Positions 57,762 through 64,000 of a DNA stretch of 64,000 bases are shown here, piece by piece. Source of the DNA: Sporopachydermia quercuum (Eukaryota); NCBI GenBank assembly GCA_001599295.1, contig BCGN01000006.1:1-64000 (forward strand), written 5' to 3'. Below the pieces are notes generated by a model that had not been told where the DNA came from, made no database searches, and saw only the letters and a list, made by a program, of their open reading frames with translations. Positions within the stretch are counted from its first letter, which is position 1; the number at the start of each line of letters is the position of its first letter. Position numbers and translations under genes: made by a program.

Positions 57762-59192
57762 ATGGCTTCTCCGCGACAAATAGAACAGATTTCAAAGGAC
57801 TTGAACAGTGCTATTCTTTCCACTTCTCCAAATGCAGTTTCAACCTCACCAATCGCATCATTATTAGGTAATCCTGGTTCTTTACCAAAAGCTAGAAGAT
57901 TATCTTACACCGGGACAAGAACTTCCAAAGCTCTTAAACCTTTCTCTACTGGTGATATCAAGATCTTATTATTGGAAAATGTGAATCAAACCGCCATAGA
58001 TATCTTGAAGGAGCAAGGTTATCAAGTTGAATTTCACAAGACTTCATTGCCAGATGACGAATTAATTGAAAAGATTCAAGATGTTCAAGTCATTGGTATT
58101 AGATCCAAGACCAGATTGAGTGAAAAGGTTTTGAAACATGCCAAGAACTTAATTGTTATTGGTTGTTTCTGTATTGGTACTAATCAAGTTGATTTAAACT
58201 ATGCTGCTAAACACGGTATTGCAGTTTTCAACTCTCCTTTCTCAAATTCCAGATCAGTTGCTGAATTGGTTATTGCTGAAATCATTACTTTAGCTCGTCA
58301 ACTAGGAGACAGATCCATCGAACTTCATTCTGGTACCTGGAATAAAGTCTCAGCTAAATGTTGGGAAGTTAGAGGTAAGACTTTAGGAATTATTGGATAT
58401 GGTCACATTGGTTCCCAATTGTCNGTTTTGGCGGAAGCAATGGGTATGAACGTGCTTTACTATGATGTTCTGATGATTATGGGTTTAGGTATGGCCAGAC
58501 AAGTTAAGACCTTACAAGATTTGTTGTCATTATCTGATTTTGTTACTTGTCACGTTCCTGAAACTCCGGAAACTAAATATTTGATCTCGACTCCTCAATT
58601 GGCTGCTATGAAGGACGGTGCTTACTTGATTAATGCTTCCAGAGGAACTGTTGTTGACATTCCAGCCTTGGTTGAATTCATGAAAAAAGGAAAGATTGCT
58701 GGTTGTGCATTAGACGTCTTCCCTCAAGAACCTGCCAAGAATGGTGTCGGTATTTTCAACAACGACATGAATGAGTGGGCCTCTGAACTCCAATCATTGA
58801 GGAATGTCATTCTTACTCCTCATATTGGTGGTTCTACCGAAGAAGCTCAATCTGCAATTGGTGTTGAAGTCGGTACTGCTTTAGTAAAATATATCAATGA
58901 AGGTTCTTCAATTGGTGCTGTCAACTTTCCTGAAGTTTCTCTGCGGGTTCCTAACTTCGATGTCGAAGGGCAAGTCAGAGTTTTATATGTCCATCAGAAT
59001 GTTCCTGGTGTTTTGAGAACTGTCAATGAGATTTTTGCTGATCACAACATTGAAAAGCAATTCTCAGATTCTGCTGGTGAAATTGCTTATCTTATGGCCG
59101 ATATTTCTGACGTCAATAGTGAAGATATCAAGTCTTTGTATGAGAAGCTTGAACAGACTCCTTTCAAGATTGTTACCAGATTACTTTATTAG
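57762..59192 (+). CDS. SER33: D-3-phosphoglycerate dehydrogenase
   Basis: GCFCIGTNQVDL, GIIGYGHIG, INASRG and TPHIGGSTEEAQ, with a C-terminal ACT domain. SER3 and SER33 cannot be distinguished here. Confidence 0.96.
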   Translation: MASPRQIEQISKDLNSAILSTSPNAVSTSPIASLLGNPGSLPKARRLSYTGTRTSKALKPFSTGDIKILLLENVNQTAIDILKEQGYQVEFHKTSLPDDELIEKIQDVQVIGIRSKTRLSEKVLKHAKNLIVIGCFCIGTNQVDLNYAAKHGIAVFNSPFSNSRSVAELVIAEIITLARQLGDRSIELHSGTWNKVSAKCWEVRGKTLGIIGYGHIGSQLXVLAEAMGMNVLYYDVLMIMGLGMARQVKTLQDLLSLSDFVTCHVPETPETKYLISTPQLAAMKDGAYLINASRGTVVDIPALVEFMKKGKIAGCALDVFPQEPAKNGVGIFNNDMNEWASELQSLRNVILTPHIGGSTEEAQSAIGVEVGTALVKYINEGSSIGAVNFPEVSLRVPNFDVEGQVRVLYVHQNVPGVLRTVNEIFADHNIEKQFSDSAGEIAYLMADISDVNSEDIKSLYEKLEQTPFKIVTRLLY

Positions 59193-59797
59193 ATCGAATG
59201 AATGTTTCAACATATGTAATCATATCATTCAATAAGGAAATTAAAAGGTCAATTTCGTATATTAACATCGTTGGTCAAGTTCTTTGTTTAACACACTGAA
59301 TTAAGCATCATCAAACAAGAGACGGGATAAATAAATCACAAGATGAAGCAATCGTATCAGGTGATGTTTTTGAAACCTCTTTCCACTCATTCCTTGTAAT
59401 AATGTCTGCATTTTAGTGTAATGCTTTATGTTTCTTTCTTGTTTATCTGTTTCGTCTCTTAATTTTGTTTTGTTTTTCTCTTTCTTTTTTCATGTCTGGG
59501 TAAGGTTCATTCAACTGATAGAGTGTGTAAAGATTAATGTATATACGCAGTTAAATAATTCTGTATATCTCGTAGGACACCTTGGTTGTTGTTGGGGTTT
59601 TTGCTAAGAGTAGTTACTACATAAATGACAACAGTATCTTCAAAGAAAAGACTTGTTATTACTACGTATTCAGCTCGCCCTAGAATTGGTGGTTTCTTCG
59701 TTGTTACTATAAGCCTTCCCGCAATTATTGTATTTATCAATAGCCATTATCTTCCTTGAGGGCATTTACTGTTTATTATTCATCATTTTCATTTATA

Positions 59798-61819
59798 TCA
59801 TAGCTCTATCTGATCAAACCTATCTTGAGGGCTTGTTTTCAGTATCTCCTCCTCAGAAAATGGATTGTCACATACTCTATTCCAAAGTCTTCTTCTTGGA
59901 TTAAACCATATTCGTTTGCTATACTTCTTCATAAATTTAGCTGGTGATAAAAGGATACCACAACAACCATCAATAATTAAATGATCAAGTTTATACTCAG
60001 TCTCAACGGGTGTTGTAGTTCCTCCACTTGAGCCTGTAATTCCTTCTAACAAAGCAAGTAATCCCTTGACAGTAATGGAATTGAATGACACATCCAAAAC
60101 TTTGAAATTGCAGGATCTTTCCTTTTCCTCCCTTAAAAACTTCAAATGATCACCTAATTCAATTAATGAATGGTCTCCTAAATGTCTTCCTAGAGGGATT
60201 GAAAGTTCTCTGAGATTAGGACATAATTTCAAAACTTCAACCAGGTCTAAATAGTCCGAAGATGATGCATCATCACCAGATATTGGCACCCAGCTACTAG
60301 GTTTATAACTTATGTGATCATTCCATCCAAGTCTTAGCACTTCTAAAGAAGGCCCAATAACAGTTAACATGTCCATTAAAACAAAGGTGTTGATCCCTGA
60401 ATACATCAAATCTAATACTTTTAAACCTTTTAAACAATCGAATCCTCCCCCTGTTCGTCTATTGATTTGTTCAACAGTACGACAATTATTTAGTAACCGG
60501 AAATTTGAGCTGATGTAACGTTTACGATCTCTAACAATAAGTGATCTTAATGATATATTACCAATATTCAATCCTTCTATTACGTTATGGAAATGTACTG
60601 AAGGGCATTGTTCCAAATGTAAGTGTGCTAAATGTGGTAATGTTTGTAACGACTGAGTAATTTCTCCTGAGTCAAATGCATTCATTTCGTAACCAATACA
60701 TTTGAATGACACTAGGTTAGGAACTCTTTCAATGATTTGTGATAATAGACGATCCATTATTCGTGTTCCTTGAATTGTCCCAACCCTTTTACCAAATTTA
60801 GGATCCACATTGACTGAAAGCTCTCTCAAGTTGAAGTTCTTCAATTTGATAAGTGTTTTTTCATCACTATCTGCATAAACACCATACGGTTCAAAAGTCT
60901 TGTTTTCTTCCTTATGGCACTCAAAATCATCACTGAGAAATTTTTGTCGAATGAACATATGAAGATATTTCAGATTGGGGAACATTGATGGTAGCAAAGG
61001 TAGTACATCCAATTCTGTTTCACAGTCCAAGTACAGATATGTTAACTCTGAGAACAGNTTATGATTCAAAACAATAGAGCGGAAATTATCAGCAGATATA
61101 TCGGTATAACGTTTGATGATGCTCCAATCCCTTTTGAAGAATAACTGTGACAGGGAAAGATGGTCATAATATTTTTTTTTAAAATCAACTAATGTGTTCA
61201 GTGCAGTTAAATTCTGCGAATTAAGAATAGTGATTCTAGTTATATGATATTTTTCAAGTTCTTCATTTTCATCCATAAATTGACTATCTTCATGATACCG
61301 TTCTCGATATGTAACGTCTCGTTTATCTTTTCTTGTTTCATCAACTTCCATTGTATTGTCATAAAAATACTCGCTTAATTCGTCAACTAACCCATTATAG
61401 TTGATCGTTGATTGACCATGTGCTGGTTCGATACTCCATCTTCTGGTGGTGTTCAAAAATGGTTTCACAAGCTTATTGATGTTGGTTTCATTGAAAGGTA
61501 ATTTATACTCTTCATTCTGACTATCAAATTCCAATTCACTGAAAATACCACTGGAATTGGAAATTAATAACCGCCAATACTTATCAACCATCATACATCT
61601 CAATCTATCATTGAAGGGAAGATAAGAGAATATCTGAACCACCAGCTCTATAGGTAAGGTTCTTAATGGGTCTTTAGCAGAAGTATCATTGTTTGACTTG
61701 ATAGGAATACTCAGTTTCCTCACTGGTGATGAAGCTCCCGATTGTGAACAGAACGACAGTGGGATCTTAGCACATTGGGCTTCAAGTTCTGACAGAATAC
61801 TTGCATTTGGCGTCGACAT
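59798..61819 (-). CDS. F-box protein with leucine-rich repeats (first ATG 61819)
   Basis: F-box DPLRTLPIELVVQIFSYLPFNDRLRCMMVDKYWR. LRRs include LPHLAHLHLEQC, LKVLDLMYSGI, CPNLRELSI and FKVLDVSFNSIT. Confidence 0.85.
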   Translation of the reverse strand: MSTPNASILSELEAQCAKIPLSFCSQSGASSPVRKLSIPIKSNNDTSAKDPLRTLPIELVVQIFSYLPFNDRLRCMMVDKYWRLLISNSSGIFSELEFDSQNEEYKLPFNETNINKLVKPFLNTTRRWSIEPAHGQSTINYNGLVDELSEYFYDNTMEVDETRKDKRDVTYRERYHEDSQFMDENEELEKYHITRITILNSQNLTALNTLVDFKKKYYDHLSLSQLFFKRDWSIIKRYTDISADNFRSIVLNHXLFSELTYLYLDCETELDVLPLLPSMFPNLKYLHMFIRQKFLSDDFECHKEENKTFEPYGVYADSDEKTLIKLKNFNLRELSVNVDPKFGKRVGTIQGTRIMDRLLSQIIERVPNLVSFKCIGYEMNAFDSGEITQSLQTLPHLAHLHLEQCPSVHFHNVIEGLNIGNISLRSLIVRDRKRYISSNFRLLNNCRTVEQINRRTGGGFDCLKGLKVLDLMYSGINTFVLMDMLTVIGPSLEVLRLGWNDHISYKPSSWVPISGDDASSSDYLDLVEVLKLCPNLRELSIPLGRHLGDHSLIELGDHLKFLREEKERSCNFKVLDVSFNSITVKGLLALLEGITGSSGGTTTPVETEYKLDHLIIDGCCGILLSPAKFMKKYSKRIWFNPRRRLWNRVCDNPFSEEEILKTSPQDRFDQIEL

Positions 61820-63718
61820 TTTACCATACGACAATTCAATGCCTTGAAGACTAATCGTACTTGAACAAATGCCCTAGTTACTCTAACGATGTTCCACCTT
61901 AATACCTTATTGATTTAAGAGCTCTGGTATCCTTGTACTAGTTAACCGCTCTATTTTTCAACTGATAACAAATAGTAATATTCCTTCTCCCTTTATCAAC
62001 TGATTATTATTATAGAAGAAAAATGGAAAAGATATTATGTGATTCAATAAACNCCTCGAACTAATTATCGTACATTTCTTTCACAATAACAAACATGATG
62101 ATATCCTTCTGCAGTTTGCGGTTTGTACTAGTACATCAACCGTTGATGTTTGTTGTGTGTCTAGGTCTACTATTTACTAATTTTTATTTGTGATAAGACG
62201 GTATTGCCTAATTGGGGAAGTTCTAGCTTTGATAGATTAGTACAGTATGAGAATGACATTCATGATAATTATTGCGAAACAATTAGTGATTTCAACATGT
62301 TGTAGTGAGATAATATATTGATGCTAAGACGTAAATATAACGACTCAAAAGAAAGATTTGGATCAAACAGAGTAGAGAGTAAATAATACATATATGTTAT
62401 ATTATAGAAAGATTAGAAAAGGTTNTATGCGTTGATGCGTTGATGCGGCATTTTGTTGAATTTAGTTTGTAGCCTGGACTAATTTCATGCGATGTAATGT
62501 TAAGATATTCTTACTGATTACTAGCTGATGCATGCAAGAGAACTTGGAGAAGTAAGTAGAAGCAAAAATGGCATGGGATGATCTGTCTGAATGCTAAATG
62601 ATGTGAGGGATGATTGATGGACAACGTTTGGCTTTTAGAAGTACTGTTTTAGGATTGGTTCAGTTTGATCAATTCAGCTATGCTAACATCTCAAAAACGC
62701 CCCCTGAACCAGGGGTTACATCCTCACCCCTAAGTGGATTGTCATGATTGAAAATAGAGGTATTGATTNCATATGAATTGTGGTCACATATCAAATGGAT
62801 ATTCACTCACGCGTATTACTTTAGTTGATGCAATAGCTTTCTATAAATTATATACATAGGAACAAAGACAAAGATGACATACATGTTGCCCAACACAGTT
62901 GTTCTTTATCTCAAAGCAAAATGTAATCGCATAATTTAAAATTCTTCATTATCTTCACTTTCAGTATTTTCTCCTCTCAATAGACCATCGCTTTCTTAGC
63001 TTCAGTAGTAAAATATCATTCGTAGTTCGTATTACTTTGCTACTTCTGGCAAACATATTTTTGGTTGCACCTTTAAGGTTCGTGATGACTCACGAAATCG
63101 CTGTTAGAATAATTATCAAATCTGATCATGATGTGAATAGAAAAATAGCTCTACAAAGCATGTGTTATAGTTGGATTCAGATGATAATTATGACAACTAA
63201 TGAAAGAAGGGATTATAATGAGGAGAGATATTTGAGACTGCCGTCTATTTNTTTTTGTGTACTTTTTTTGTGCAAGGCTCCGGAAGGAATGATCTGGTTA
63301 TATCAGACTACTTCCTATGCTTGAGTACTCAGTGGAGGGTATATTGTCAAATCAAATTCAACAGCTAAGNCAGTAATCCTAGTTAGCTTTCTTAGTCTTC
63401 TTGACGATAAGACGACAAGACTTGTTAGCTTCAAGCCTTTGGATCATTTAGGAATGAGTAGATTCATGGTTTGTTGAAAAGCTTCATCATTTTGTTTTCG
63501 TTNAGGCTATATTTTTATTTGCTTACATATGAATTGAAAACATAGATCAGTGTTTATTTAACGTTTGTTAAACACTGAGAATTTCTTATATAGGCAACTG
63601 AAATAAACGCATGTCTATGCATATATATAATAACCTTAATCTATAACAACTATACTGAATGAAATACAATTCTAGTATATTCAAAGNACAACCATAACAA
63701 AAGCAAAATAAGAACCGT

Positions 63719-64000
63719 TCAAGCCCAAGTCCAAGTAACATCAATAACTCCAACGTCTGGATCAGCTAATTCGGCGAAAGCTGTTGGAGAAAAGTCTAGA
63801 TCATATGTATTGCAAGTAGCACATGCATCGACAACCTTAACAGTGATTGATTTACCATTATAAGAAGCAATGATGTCTCTCCCGCAGTAACCGCTGATCC
63901 ATCGACTGCTTAAATCATATGAGGTGTAAAGCGATTGAGCAATGGCAACCACATAGTCGTCATCACTGCTTGAGGTGTCGCAAGCATCAGCTCCTACACT
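63719..64000 (-). CDS. 3' end of an RlpA-like double-psi beta-barrel protein (expansin/loosenin/barwin-like); 5' part lies outside the window
   Basis: The frame is open to the window edge: SVGADAC..DDDYVVAI..YCGRDI..TVKVVDACATC..YDLDFSPTAF..L..GVIDVTW. Confidence 0.85.
   Translation of the reverse strand, partial: SVGADACDTSSSDDDYVVAIAQSLYTSYDLSSRWISGYCGRDIIASYNGKSITVKVVDACATCNTYDLDFSPTAFAELADPDVGVIDVTWTWA

Noticed and set aside
62528..62733. GTAAGT 62552, TGCTAAC 62682 and CAG 62712 as a spliced gene
   Set aside because: The product is only 14 aa with no other support. A non-coding transcript cannot be excluded.
96..64000. tRNA, rRNA, snRNA, LTR or transposon sequences
   Set aside because: I recognised none by eye. 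tRNAscan-SE and Rfam would be needed to exclude them, especially snoRNAs.

Overview
This is the left end of a chromosome from an AT-rich, fairly intron-rich budding yeast (Saccharomycotina). CTG sits at conserved Leu positions, so the standard code applies. The window opens with a telomeric array of an 11-bp unit (CCCAACTACCT; G-strand AGGTAGTTGGG) and has almost no subtelomere. Ordinary conserved genes follow: KHA1, STE12, an aldehyde dehydrogenase, a family III CoA-transferase, a PEX25-like peroxin, MRM1, DAL1, BMT2, an SNQ2-type ABC transporter, REI1, a YBR241C-like transporter, an HD nucleotidase, ALG7, a TGL4/5-like lipase, GNT1, SER3/33, an F-box/LRR protein and a partial DPBB (expansin-like) protein. 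Reading the splice signals by hand recovers three genes the ORF track misses or fragments: a 4-exon CYSTM protein, the splicing factor YSF3/SF3B5, and a small basic spliced ORF near 42.3-42.6 kb that I do not recognise. It also corrects the exon structure of three more genes. Regulatory patterns include six co-oriented pheromone-response elements before STE12 and a GATAAG inverted repeat before DAL1. I saw no tRNA, rRNA, transposon or CRISPR. I cannot claim a whole new multi-gene system. The best novelty candidates are the telomere unit and chromosome-end architecture, and the orphan spliced gene.
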